Below, piece after piece: positions 1 to 12,758 of a DNA stretch of 64,000 bases. The position numbers and the translations under genes were made by a program. Within the stretch, counting starts at the first letter, position 1; each line of letters starts with the position of its first letter. The notes beneath the pieces were generated by a model that made no database searches, was not told the DNA's origin, and was given only the letters and a program-made list of their open reading frames with translations. The stretch is from contig NC_043001.1 in the NCBI RefSeq assembly GCF_006345805.1, positions 121,210,001 through 121,274,000 on the forward strand, given 5' to 3'. This DNA is from Octopus sinensis. Taxonomy: Eukaryota.

Positions 1-636
1 TTATGGCCAACAGCAAGCCTTTCTCTTGCATACCTTTCCTTGAATAAGAACTTGAAGATAAAGTCTTCACTGTTTTCCCCCAAGACATAATAGTTATAGT
101 TTTATTGCATTAATACTCTTGAGGGAAAAACTTAAATGCCATAATTTTCTATTTTCTCTCTTACCACATCACATGAAGGCAAACTATTCTGTGCATACTT
201 AGCTCTTTCATTGAGGAGCAGTGTATGATACCTGACCACATTATTCTGTTATTGTAGTCATGTGTCTTAATCAGTTCTAAAGAAAAACAATTCTTTTATA
301 TATACTGTGTGCTGGTGTGATTTCTGTATTAGGTAATAAAATTCATGATTGTTGGTCAACTGGTACTGGTTTCAAAATGCTTGCCTACCCTTTGCCAATG
401 ACAGCTGAGTGTCAGAAACTAGTTTAAGACAGACCTAATTGGAAAAATTAGTTAAAACTGCAAGGTAAATGCATATGAAGCTACAAGTATTTCCACAACT
501 TGTAGATAGGCCATTACCAGGGATTACCAACTTGATAGGTTATGGAATGTGTTTTTTCTTTTGCTTTTGCTGTTTGTTGTTCATGTTGATGATAATGATC
601 CTTTTAAGATTTCCTTCTGTGGAATTTTTTTTATAG

Positions 637-809
637 GTCTACGAGGTCTCATTAACCTGGGAAACACTTGTTTCATGAATTGTATTGTCCAAGCCCTGAC
701 GCACACACCAATTTTAAGGGACTTTTTTCTAGCTGATCAGCACGTCTGTCAAATGGATAGTGAAGCTCAAAAATGTCTGGTGTGTGAAATGTCTCGTCTT
801 TTCCAGGAG
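637..809 (+). CDS. USP22: USP22-like deubiquitinase, internal exon with the Cys box (upstream exons lie before the window)
   Basis: Acceptor ttatAG at 635-636 and donor GTaatg at 810. Translates (G)[57 protein letters not shown], the USP22/nonstop Cys box. The catalytic Cys codon is 669-671. Confidence 0.96.
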
Positions 810-2998
810 GTAATGGTTTATTTTGCTAATCCATTAACTCAACAGCTGCAGGTTTCAAATACTGACGTTGACATTGTGATGTTTTTGGAAGAAGATAATT
901 TCTTTTATTCTACTATAAAGCTGTAAAATAGGTAGTATACAACTGGCAAGTTAATCTACAACTAAACACTTTCTCATTTACATGTTATTTAACTCTGTTG
1001 ATTACGTCCCTTCTTTTCATTATTTTAATCAAAGATACATACTAGCTTCAAAAACAACCACCCATTCCTTCCTTTTCGTTTTTTCTGCAAAGCCCATAAC
1101 TGAGCTCAGATCCTATGGGGAAACCTCTTCTCAATAGAAACAGAGCAATGGCTCCCTAGCTTATTTTGTTATGGAACCCTTATACAGTTTTCTCAAAATC
1201 ACAAAACTGTGTGGAAATATGTCATAAATATAAAGTGTTCGTGATACTCTGTAAAAGAGTTTGAACACTCTGGACAACCACTGTTATTCTGACATTAAAC
1301 AAAACAAAAATTGTTTGAGTTTGAAGGAATTTATCTGGATAAAAAGAAACTTAACTAACTTCTTATTTTGAAAATGGTGTAAATCAATTTTTTTTCATAA
1401 AATACATTTTTATTGAATTTTATCAAGGTACTTCCCTCATGTTGCAAAACTCCAGGATTTTTTCATGGAGTGCTGGGATTCAGAGAAGGTCATATGAAGA
1501 AATAGTGTCATAGAGGGCCCTATGCAACAAACAGCCTCATTTATTAATTACGTTTTCTCTGATAAAAAAAAGTTGAGGGTAGAAGATTTTACCATGCTAC
1601 AGACATTGATTTGGAGGACATTACAAATGTCAACTAGAGACCAGCATTTAGTATACACAGTCAGTGTGTGTAAAACCGGATTACCAGGAAACCAGTATTT
1701 TGGGACTGTGGTGCTGGTGTTGGTGGTGTTAATGTTGACTAGAGCAATACAGAATTGAACTGAGTGCATTACAGTTGACATTTAGCTTTATCTTCCTTGA
1801 TTCAGAATTCATGTTCTATTTGGGATGTTTTAAAAAGTGCCAATAATCTTTCGTTCCTTCATTCATTTTATATTCATTTTCCTATGCTGGCATACAAATG
1901 ATACTTATTTGAGACAGTATTTTATGATTGGCTACTTTTCCTATCTCCAACCCTTACAAGTAAGGGATTTTTATTCCACTATTTTCAAAGCAAGAACTAC
2001 ATCAACAATGTATGCATGACAGCACCTTTTCTTTGCTCAGATGGCCTCATGTAAAGAAAGCAAATGATGACATGCACAGATTATTACAAACACACACACA
2101 CACACTCATGTATGATGGGCTTCCGTTTGGTTTCTGTTTTCCAATTCCACTTACAAAGTATTAGTCAGCCTGAGGCAATAGAGAAGGTAGGCTTTCTTAA
2201 CCACACAGCCATAACTACACCTACTATACATTATATATTAACTATTAATTCACTCAATTATTTCTTCCATACTGTGTAAAAGTAGTTGTGGCTTTCCAAG
2301 CAGTAGTTTTATCTTTCTAAATTCTGTTTGAAGTCCACCATAATTTCCACATAGCCATTTACTCTGCTAGAAAAGAGACACATATATACCCTAGAGTCAG
2401 TTCATTCATTATAAATCATTTCTCCAAAATTGTGGCTTTGTAAAAAAAAATATAGGATATCAGTGTTATGCTGAAGGCAAATTTGTTTTTATATGCTTTT
2501 TATTTCTTTAATACTGACATGAATTTGAGGAAACTTCATTGAGGCAGTATTCTGCACCTGGATGCTCTTCCTGTCTATCAAGTAGGGTATTTTATTCTGC
2601 ATTTTTATATGTTGAAATGCTGCAGGACATTTTGTTAAGGAATGACATAATATCACTACTGTCTAAGCAGTATCAGTGGGAAGACGTGTAGACATACACA
2701 CATATATATACATGTCTTTTATTTTTATTTGGACTTACTGCCCACCTAGGTTAGTTTGTAGAACATAACATTGCATTTTAACAGCTGAATCCCTTTTCTA
2801 ACACCAACCGCTTTACAGAATGTACTTGAAGTATTTTATTATGGTATCAATACTTGAAAAATTTCTTGTCATGCCTTTGACAGGACTAAAAGGTTCCCCA
2901 AACCTTTTACTGTCTCTACTTGATCTGTAACCATTTAACAGCAACTTCTATGTATATACAACAGGAAGTTTACATACATTTTTTCATCATCATCATCC

Positions 2999-3973
2999 CT
3001 AGCAGTTGAGGGAACCCGTGGAAAAGGTAGACCCAGGAAAACCTGGGACGAGGTGGTGAAGCACGACCTTCGAACTTTAGGCCTCACTGAGGAAATGACC
3101 AGAGACCGAGACCTTTGGAAATATTCTGTACGTGAGAAGACCAGGCAGGACAAGTGAGCCCAGCCCACTTATGAATGCCTTTCCTCCCTTGGACACAAAG
3201 ACCGGTTGAGGCAAGCGAAGTCGATATAGAACCTCATCCGACGACAGACACCCATCCCAACCCCCCATGCTTGCGAAGACATGTTGGGGCAAGCGAAATC
3301 GAAACCGAATTGAACCAGCCAGGATCCCTGGCCTGGTGGTACGTAAAAAGCACTATCCGACTCGGGGCCGTGGCACGTAAAATACTCCAATGCGACCGTA
3401 CGACAGGCACCCATGCCAACCCCCTTTGCTTGTGAAGACATGTTGGGGCAAGCGAAATCGAAATCGAATTGAACCAGCCAGGATCCCTGGTCTGGTGGTA
3501 CGTAAAAAGCACTATCCGACTCGTGGCCGTGGCACGTAAAATACTCCAATGCGACCGTACGACAGGCACCCTTGCCAACCCCCTTTGCTGTGAAGACATG
3601 TTGGGGCAAGCGAAATCGAAATCGAATTGAACCAGCCTGGATCCCTGGTCTGGTGGTACGTAAAAAGCACTATCCGACTCGTGGCCGATGCCAGCACCGC
3701 CTCGACTGGCTTCCGTGCCGGTGGCACATAAAATACACCAATCTGACCGTGGCCGTTGCCAGCCCCGCCTGGCACCTGTGCAGGTGGCACGTAAAAAGCA
3801 CCCACTACACTCACGGAGTGGTTGGCGTTAGGAAGGGCATCCAGCTGTAGAAACATTGCCAAATTAGACTGGAGCCTGGTGCAGCCTTCTGGCTTCCCAG
3901 AACCCCGGTCGAACCGTCCAACCCATGCTAGCATGGAGAACGGACGTTAAACGACGATGATGATGATGATGAT
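2999..3973 (+). mobile_element. 5'-truncated RTE-clade LINE (end of ORF, 3' UTR and (GAT)n tail)
   Basis: 3000-3158 encodes LAVEGTRGKGRPRKTWDEVVKHDLRTLGLTEEMTRDRDLWKYSVREKTRQDK*, the same C-terminus as the larger copies. It has three ~159-bp tandem units and a (GAT)n tail, and is flanked by ATCATCATCATCC at 2986-2998 and 3972-3984. Confidence 0.9.
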
Positions 3974-4784
3974 CATCATCATCCTTTAACACTCATTTTC
4001 CATGTTGACATGGGTTAGACAGTTCGACCAGAGCTGGCAAGCCAGAGTGTTGCACACTGAGTTTCAGTATGACATTGGTTAACCCAAGGGTATGGTAGAA
4101 GACATTTGCTTAAAGTGTCACACAACAGACTCAAACCTGAGACCCAATGGTTGTGAAGTGAATTGTATAGCCATGCAAGCATGCCTGTGCTTATAGCCAT
4201 TCTCTGATAATTCCTCCTAGATTTACAAAATTAAGCATTATTTTAGACAACATTTAGAGTTTCTTAGTTTTGGCTCTCTCCTGGATGATGTCATAATTTA
4301 ATATTGCCCACATTGAAATATCCTTTTTAATATTTTTTCCAGTATTCTAATTTATTCCTCAAATACTTATACCTAATCCTGCCAATGTTGATTTTTGTCT
4401 TTCGACCCTCTAGAAGCAATAAAATAAGCACCAGTTAGTCACTTTAAGATCAGTTAACTCTGCCCACAAAAACTGGCTGTGTGCTTCAGACAAAACAAAG
4501 TATTGCCTTAAAACTAAAGATAATGTAATTTTAATTTCCTAATATCCTTAAGAATGGTATGATCATCACACAATCTGATAATCCTATGTAAGAATTTATT
4601 GTATGTATTTTATCACTTGGTATGTTATCATTAAAATATACGGTACATGAGAAGTTATGACCAACATGATATATGGAGTTACAGATGTAAAAGTCAAGTA
4701 TTAAAAGAGATAGAACATGTAACAAAATATGTCTTTTTATTGGAATATTATGGAGATAATGTTCTACAAAGAATGTTATTATTA

Positions 4785-5222
4785 GGGTAATGGATTGGCT
4801 GAATTGTTAGAGCATTGGAAAAAATGCCTTGCAGTATTTGTTCCAGCTCTTTACATTCTGGGTTCAAATCCCACTGAGGTCAATTTTTGCCTTTCATTCC
4901 TCTAGGGTCAATAAAATAAAGTACCTGACAAGTTCTGGAATCAGTGTAATAGACTAATCTTCTGCCTCAAATTTCAGGCTTTGTTCCATTGCTAAAAACA
5001 ATTATTAGGGTAGTAGATTGGCAAAATTGTTAGTGTTAGGGGGGAAAAATGCCTTGCAGTATTTTTTTCCAGTTCTTTATGTTTTGAGTTTGAATCCTGT
5101 CAGGCCAACATTGTCTTTTATCCTTCAGGGGTTGATAAAATAGATACCAGTTAACTACTACTGTTGATTTAATCTCTTAGTCTCTCCCAAATTTCTGATC
5201 TTGTACCTATGTAAGAAATTAC
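4785..5222 (+). mobile_element. Two head-to-tail copies of SINE family B (tRNA-like head, (ATT)n tail)
   Basis: Units 4785-5007 and 5008-5222 share ggcagaattgttag...ggttcaaatcc (B-box-like)...gcctttcattcc...gataaaata.gtacc...attatta. Confidence 0.75.
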
Positions 5223-5843
5223 CTGTATTAAAGTTGTGGATAGCCGGAGTAATTGAACACTAAATAAAATATCAAGTGCTTCCTTTTATATTCTAAATTA
5301 CAATACTCCTAACTTTGATTTTGCTTTTCGTCCTGATAAGGTTGAGTAAAACACAGTCAAAATGTGTGGTCTTATACCTATACACATTTTGACTTGTTTC
5401 AGTCATTGCATTGTGGCTGTGCTGAAGTAATACCTTTAAATTATACAAATCACCCCAGTACTTTTTTGCTGGTCCATTAAGGTACAGGGAGATAAACAAA
5501 CAGCTCCAGTTGTCAAGTGCAGGAGTTGGGAAAGACAAGACACACTCTCTCTCTCTCTCTCTCTCTCATACACACACACACACACAATTATATACAACAG
5601 GCTTCCACACATACTTCCAGCTACCAAATTCACTTAAAAGGCATTGGTCAACCTGTGGCTTTAGTAGAAGACACTTGCCCAAGGTGTCACACATTTAAAC
5701 TACAAGTTTCCAAAGTGAACTTCTTAACCACACAGCTATGCTTGTGTCTACATTAGAAGCAATTATTATTTAAAACGTTAGAAAGTATTGCAGTAACAAA
5801 TATTGCAAAAGATTATTATTGTAATTCCTTTGCTGTATTTCAG

Positions 5844-5991
5844 TTTTATTCTGGTAATCGTGCACCACACATACCATACCGTCTGTTACATCTGGTGTGG
5901 ACAAATGCTCGACATCTTGCTGGCTATGAGCAGCAAGATGCCCATGAATTCCTCATAGCCGCATTAGACGTCTTACATCGACACTGTAAAG
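5844..5991 (+). CDS. USP22: USP22-like exon (QQDAHEF box)
   Basis: tttcAG at 5842-5843 and GTaaac at 5992. Translates [49 protein letters not shown](G). Phase 0 in and phase 1 out match the neighbouring exons. Confidence 0.96.
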
Positions 5992-6921
5992 GTAAACATG
6001 TACACCTTACTTTCATGCTTTTCTTGATTGTGTTATAACCTCTCAAAATGTATATTTTTCATGAATCACTGCACTTCCTAAACAAATCAAATTTCCTCTT
6101 AAGAGATGAACCTATTAACTTAATAAATTATTTCATGATGCTGATGTGTTTCAGTAACACATGCTGAAATGATCCAAGTAGATGTAACTAACATGTGTTA
6201 GAAACAATAAAAGTTTATTGATTTAAAGTATATACTATTTATTGATTATATTGAAAAGATGAAGTAGTAGTTGATGTGAATTAAATCAATGACTGTGTCA
6301 CATATACACATCAGTGGCTCTTACTTTAAAGGTATCCATTAAAACTAAAAAGAAATCTGGAATAATACCTCTCCAAGAAGCAAGTGTTATTATTTTGATA
6401 TTATTATTCCTAAATTTGAAATCATTATCATTTTAGGAGAGTGTGGTGCATTACAGTATTTAATCTCGTGTATCTTCATTCTGAGTCCAACTACCACTGT
6501 CATCAATTTGCACTTTCATCCCTTTGCGGGTTGATAATTTAAATGATAACTAAAATATCTGTAAACCTCAAACTGCTAAGTTGATGCATTACTAAACAAC
6601 GAGCTAAGAGTTGCTGGCTCACTCCCTTTTCCCATCACTGTGTTGTGACAGACTCCCTAATTAAGTATTGAAGGTGGTATACTTCAGACTGGCAGCACAA
6701 TAGTTCATTGTCTCCCAGGGCTGAGTTCAGTTCCTCCTTTAGAAAAAATTTCCTACAATATCCACTATCATATCGAAAAGGCTTAGATTCTGTAGGAATC
6801 ATAATTTAGTAATTATCTTATTCTTGTGAGCAAGACAAGATCATACTTAGTAATAGGGTCGGTTTAATTATCTTTAATCCTTTCTCCCATAGACTTATAA
6901 CATTCTTCTTCTCTTTTACAG

Positions 6922-7024
6922 GAACCAATGGTATCTCTTATAACAATCCTCATCACTGCAACTGTATCATCGATCAAATATTTACGGGTGGTTTGCAGTC
7001 AGATGTTACATGTCAAGAGTGCAA
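6922..7024 (+). CDS. USP22: USP22-like exon
   Basis: ttttacAG at 6920-6921 and GTatgt at 7025. Translates [34 protein letters not shown]. Confidence 0.95.
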
Positions 7025-7640
7025 GTATGTTCTCTAGATATCTTTTCTATATTAACAGTTATGCAAATACATGTATGAACTGGACATCACTTGTATGAAG
7101 TATTGTTTTCAATAGTTAGATTATGTTCACTGAGAGTAAGTAATCAATGAAATACTGAGAGCATGTCATCTTCACATACCTATCACCTGCTACTGCAAAA
7201 TATTTTTGTTCATAATTTTGAAAAAATGATGTTCATTTTTATTTAAAGTTTTAGTGAAAATATTACTGATGGACTTAGCAAGAAATGCCAGAATGTCAGA
7301 ATTGTTAGAGCAACAAGCAAAATACCTTGCAATATTTGTTTCAGCTCTTTGTATTTTGAGTTCATTTGTGACAACAGTCAGTAGCTCATGATTTTCTCTT
7401 GGCCATCAAAGTGGCGTGGAAGGGGAAGGCAATACTGGGTTAAATACCGTATTAAATTACATGTCTCTATGTCCTAGATTCAAACCTGAATGGAGTTGTT
7501 TTTAATCCTTCCTGTTCATTAGAATTATTAACAGATACTTACTGGGATAGATTCAAGTGACTATACTTCTCTCCTGCAAACTTGTGATCTTGTGTCAATG
7601 AGAAAAACCTTACTTATTTACTTAAGTTGGGTAGCAGTTT

Positions 7641-9375
7641 GTTTTTGTGCCAGGTAGAAGCACCACTGATGCTATATTTCTGGTAAGGCAACTTGAAGAG
7701 AAATACCGAGCCAAAGATAAACCTCTGTACTTGGCTTTTGTTGACTAGGAGAAAGCTTTTGACTGAGTACCCAGATCCCTTATCTGGTGGTCAATGCAGA
7801 AACTAGGGATAGACGAGTGGTTGATGAGAGCTGTACAAGAGACACTACCAGTAAGGTGAGGATGGGCAACGAGTACAGCAAAGAATTCAGGGTACTAGTA
7901 GGGGTTCACCAAGGATCTGTGCTCAGCCCCGCGCTTTTTCATCATAGACCTTCAGGCAATAACAGAGGAATTCAAGACAGGCTGCCCCTGGGCGCTCCTA
8001 TATGCTGATGACCTTATTCTTATAGCTGAACCAGAGAAGAAGTTCAAAGTATGGAAGCAAGGTCTAAAATCAAAGGGCCTTAGAGTCAACCTAGCAAAAA
8101 CCAAAGTCATAGTAAGTAGGAAAGCAGACAAATCACAAATCTCTTCAGGTAGATGGCCCTGCTCAATGTGTAGAAAAAGTGTAGAAACTCCATAAGATGT
8201 ACCCAATGTAAGGTTTGGACACATAAAAGGTGCAGCAACATCAGGGGAAGGTTAACAGAGAAACTAACTTTTGTATGTGGAAGGTGCACAGGTTCAAAGA
8301 ACACTGAAAATGCACAGAAGATAGACTCCATCAACTGACCGAGGGTGGGGTGGAGCTACAGCTAGTAGATAGCTTTCGTTATCTAGATGACCACGTTAGT
8401 AGTGAAGATGGATTCTCCAAGAGCGTAGCTGTGAGAATAAGATTAGGCTGAGCAAAGTTCAGTGAGCTCCTATCCCTACTTGCGACAAAGGGCCTCTCTC
8501 TCAGAGTGAAAGATAGATTGTTTGATGCCAGTGTGTGTGAACAGCTATGCTGCATGGCAGTGAAACATGGGCTACGACAGCCAAGGACATGCGTAGGCTC
8601 AAGAGAAATTAAGCCAGTATGTTTCACTGGATGTGCAATGTCAGTGTGCATGTTCAACAGAGTGTAAGCATCTTGTGAGAAAAGTTAGGCATAAGAGGAA
8701 TCAGATGTGGTGTGCAAGAAAGACGACTGCACCAGTATGGTCATGTGATGCATATGGACGAGGACAGCAGTGTAAAGAAGTGCCAATCTCTAACTATGGA
8801 GAGAACCCATAGTAGACCCAGGAAGACATGGGACGAGGTGGTGAAGCATGATCTTCGAACTTTGAGCCTCACAGAGGCAATGACTGGTGACTGAGATCTT
8901 TGGCGATGTTCTGTGCTTGAGAGGACCTGTCAAGTCAAGTGCACCCATGCTGGTGACACGTAAAGAACTTCTTTTGAACATTGGGCCTCACGGAGGCAAA
9001 GTGACTGAGTTCCTCTCGAGTGTTGAGCCTGATGGAGGCAAAGTGACTAAGTTTATTTTGAGTGTTGGGCTTGATGGAGGCAAAGTGGCTGAGTTCCTTT
9101 CAAGTGTTAGGCCTCACAGAGGCAAGGTGGCTGAGTTCCATTTGAATGTTGGGCCTCATGGAGGCAATGACCAAGACAGTTGGCATTATATCATACTTGA
9201 GAAGAAGACTTATCAAGCCAAGCAAAATTGCAGTTGTGGCATATAAAAGCACCCATTACACTCTTGGAGTGGTTGGTGTTAGGAAGGGCATCCAGCCATA
9301 GAAAACCATGCCAAATCTGACTGGAGTCTGGTGCAGCATGCCAGCATGGACAACGGACATTAAATGATGATGATT
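7641..9375 (+). mobile_element. Degraded RTE LINE (RT through 3' end), older variant
   Basis: Interrupted matches to the RT of the larger copies: VPGRSTTDAIFLVRQ, GVHQGSVLSP, LLYADDL, the Cys-rich finger and RPRKTWDEVVKHDLR. There are many stops and frameshifts, and it ends in a short GAT tail near 9365-9375. Confidence 0.88.
8975..9170 (+). repeat. About 4.5 diverged copies of a 42-bp tandem repeat in the 3' UTR of the degraded RTE
   Basis: The unit is approximately ttgggcctcacggaggcaaagtgactgagttcctctcgagtg. The 14-aa periodicity is visible in ORF 8887-9246. Confidence 0.8.
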
Positions 9376-10364
9376 GATTAAATGAATTGCAGTATTTAGG
9401 TTTGTTTCTCTACATTCTGAGTTCAAATCCCAATAAGATATCCACCCAAAACTAATGACATCCTGGTTTCAGAATAGGTATGTCTTGTCACTTATGTCAT
9501 AAGAGGCAACTGAAAGAGTTCAAGATTGGAAGGTTATCCAGCTGTAAAACATTGCCTTAGAAAACTTGTCCAAACCAGGGCAGCATGGAAAGTCAGGTAT
9601 GTAATTAGTGGTAGATTTGTTTGTGTGATTAATAGTTTGTTTCACAACCATATGGTTCAGAGTTCAGTCCCACCGCATGACATATTGGTCTTGTGGATTC
9701 TGTTATTGCCTTTTGAGTGAAATATGATTAGAAGAAACTATCCAGAAACCTGTAATGTTTGTGTGTATATCTTTCAATGAGAAAACTTATGAACTGATGC
9801 TTTCAAATACCTTGTGGTACTGTTCCCATCAGTTATGAAAGCGATCTCTTATCACTCTTACCATTGTAGGACTAGTTGGCCCATTGTGAATCTGGATTCA
9901 ACAACACTTAGTTAACAAGAAAATTGGTTTCTTTTCTCTCCAGGATACAAACCTGGGCCAAGTATGTTATGGCAGACTAGTAGTTGCTTATGCTGCTGGC
10001 CTTCCTTCTCTATGCCACCAATGTTGTCCAAGAGAATGCCAAAAGTCACAAGTGAACAACAAATACAAAGAGCTGACTAAGACATTTTATCCAATGTTTA
10101 ACAGTTTTGCCAATCCACTGATTGTTTTGTGGAGTAATGGAATAGAAGACACTGTTTCATGTTTGTGATTTGTCATTATGCTTAACATATAAGCTTGCAG
10201 CAGCAGACATAATTGCTAATTCAGTTTCAGATTTCAATAACACTCCTGGCTCTCATTCTTTGTTTCATGGAAATGCTAGAATTATACATTCTATTGGTAT
10301 TTAACCCCTAATTTTAAAAATTATATTATTGTAGTTAAATATGTCATTTTTCTTTTCTTTTCAG

Positions 10365-10615
10365 TAATGTTTCCACCACAATCGATCCTATCTGGGACAT
10401 ATCTTTAGATCTGGGCCCTGGACCTCCTTGCAGCATCCCAACTGCAGCCCCAAGCAGTAATAACAATAATAACAGTAATAACAACAGTAACACCAACAAC
10501 AATACTAACACCACAACAAGCACCACAAACACAACAACTAACACCACCTCTGGTTGCAGTTCAAACAATACCACTTCAAATAGCAACAATGGTTCAGCTA
10601 ATTCTCCAAGTTCAA
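10365..10615 (+). CDS. USP22: USP22-like exon with an Asn/Thr/Ser low-complexity insert
   Basis: ttttcAG at 10363-10364 and GTaag at 10616. Translates NNVSTTIDPIWDISLDLGPGPPCSIPTAAPSSNNNNNSNNNSNTNNNTNTTTSTTNTTTNTTSGCSSNNTTSNSNNGSANSPSS. The 251-nt length fits the phases (2 in, 1 out). Confidence 0.93.
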
Positions 10616-11676
10616 GTAAGTTTTAATTTTCATTTGAATTTTTAGTGTCAGTCTTGTGTTAATTACTCTAATGATATTGTCTTGTATGGGTTGGGATCAA
10701 TTAGCCTGAGCTGAGCTGTTGGAATTAATTAATCTGGGCTAGGCTGAGTCACTGAGATAAATCGGACTGAACTGAGCTGTTAATATTAGTTGGGCTGAAC
10801 TTTTGAGATCAACTGGGCTGGGCTGGGCCATTAAGATTATGTTGAGTTAGGGTTAAGCTATATTTGAGTTGTCCTCAACTGTTACTAAGTTGAATAAAAG
10901 GATTAATTTGTATAAGTGACAAGCACCAGGAATGTTGATATATTTCAATATATTTTAGTGTAATGAGATTAGCAATTCACTGGAGAGTAAGTTAATCTGT
11001 TTGAGACAGTATAGATGAAGAGGATCAGGGTGATGGAAGATACAAAAAAAAAGTGGTATTGAGTCTAGTATATGTGTATCTATATTTGAGCTGAGTGTTG
11101 TTAATATTTTCTACTTAGACTAATGCACATATGGATACAGGCATAAATTCATAATATACAACCATAAGTATAGTTATTCATATATAAACCATATGCATAT
11201 TCTCATTTTTTTCTCTCAAGAAGGGCAGGTGCTTATGAAAGAAAGCATTTGAACTTGACTTCCTGTCTCAGAGGAAACATTTTTGTATATTCTCATGGAC
11301 ATAGTTTAAAACTTACTATTACAATGCAGTAATTCTGATTATATCCTGGGGTACCTGGTTATAAAACAAAACTATTCTTCAAACCATCCATATTAATTTT
11401 TGAACTTGAATATAAAGCTGTAAAAGAAACAAATATCAGTCCAATATTTTAGAAAAGGTGCCAAGCACATCACCTCATTGTTTCCTCACAAGAAGGTGTC
11501 AATGTTACAGGAAATTTTATTTTGATCTACACAGGGAAGGGCATGGCTGTGTGGTCAACAAATTTACTTCCTAACCACAGGGTTTTGGATTCAGCCCCAC
11601 TGTGGATAGTAGCTTCCCAGCCAACTAGAGCCTTGTGAATGAGTTTGTTAGTTGGAAAGTGTAAGAAGGCTGTTAA

Positions 11677-11711
<35 letters not shown>

Positions 11712-12559
11712 TGTGTGTTTCTAGTTGAAGATATATATATGCATATATAGAACAATGCCTTGACATTGTATGAAAGTTCTAAATGGGTGCCATGATTATA
11801 CAAGTGGCATCCTTCCAATATTGTGTGAAAATATGTCTGATTATGGGGAATTATTGCTGTACTTAGAAACAAGTGAGGGTCGGCGACGTGAAGGGCATCC
11901 TACCATAGAAAATCTGACCCATGCAAGCATTGGAAAAGTGGACATTAAATGATTGATGATGGAGAAATGGGAAATTTTTATATTTCTCACTAAGGGTAGA
12001 GAACTCTTTTCAAGCTCCTTTTCGAAATATCTTGTTGCAAAAATAGGAATGAAATAAAGGCACAAAAATAGTTTGACAAAACTGATTCATAACATTTAAT
12101 ATCGTATTCATAGTATTAAAATATTTTCAGAAGTTTCCTGGTGTACTTCTGCTCACTAGTAAACCAAGTGGATACTGAAATTATGTTACTAAAATTGAGT
12201 CCCAGGTCAGTTTTGCTTGTGCAGATTTATGGCCAAAAGCATTCGCGTCTTGACCATCCTACGTATTCAAACATTACGTAAACTTGTGACTGCATTATCT
12301 AATTTGTACTGAAAACATGGTATTGCCAATAGTAAGATTATATTTTTTTATATATTCCAGTTCAGGAATATTAGTATAGTTGTTATAGATTTCCAATAAT
12401 TCTGATGGTGAATATGACAAGGGTGTGTCTGTCTAACATAATGCATAATAAACACGAGATGAGGTAGTGAAATATGATCTTTAGATGTTGAGTTTCGTGG
12501 AGGAATTTGCTGTACTTGAGAAGACATATCAAGCTAAGTAAAGTTGTGGTTGTGACCAG

Positions 12560-12758
12560 TGGCATGTGAAAGGCACCTATGCAGGTGACTCATAAAAGAC
12601 ACCCAGTACACTCTGTAGAGTGGTTGGTGTTAGGAAGTGTATCCACCTGTAGAAACGAACCCAAAACAGACTGGAGCCTGATGCAGCTTACCAGCTCCAG
12701 TCAAACCGTCTAACGCATGCCAGCATGGAAAATGGATGCTAAATGGTGATGATGATGT
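12560..12758 (+). mobile_element. RTE 3'-end fragment with GAT tail
   Basis: aaagacacccagtacactc...gttggtgttaggaag...catgccagcatggaaaatggatgctaaatggtgatgatgatg matches the shared RTE 3' terminus. Confidence 0.75.

Noticed and set aside
549-926. ORF 549-926 as a complete 125-aa protein
   Set aside because: Only 637-809 is exon. The flanks are intron read-through past clear AG and GT sites.
11538-11640. tRNA genes at SINE heads (also 2150-2225, 5670-5745, 63415-63490)
   Set aside because: A/B-box-like motifs continue directly into SINE body sequence, and no complete cloverleaf is evident.
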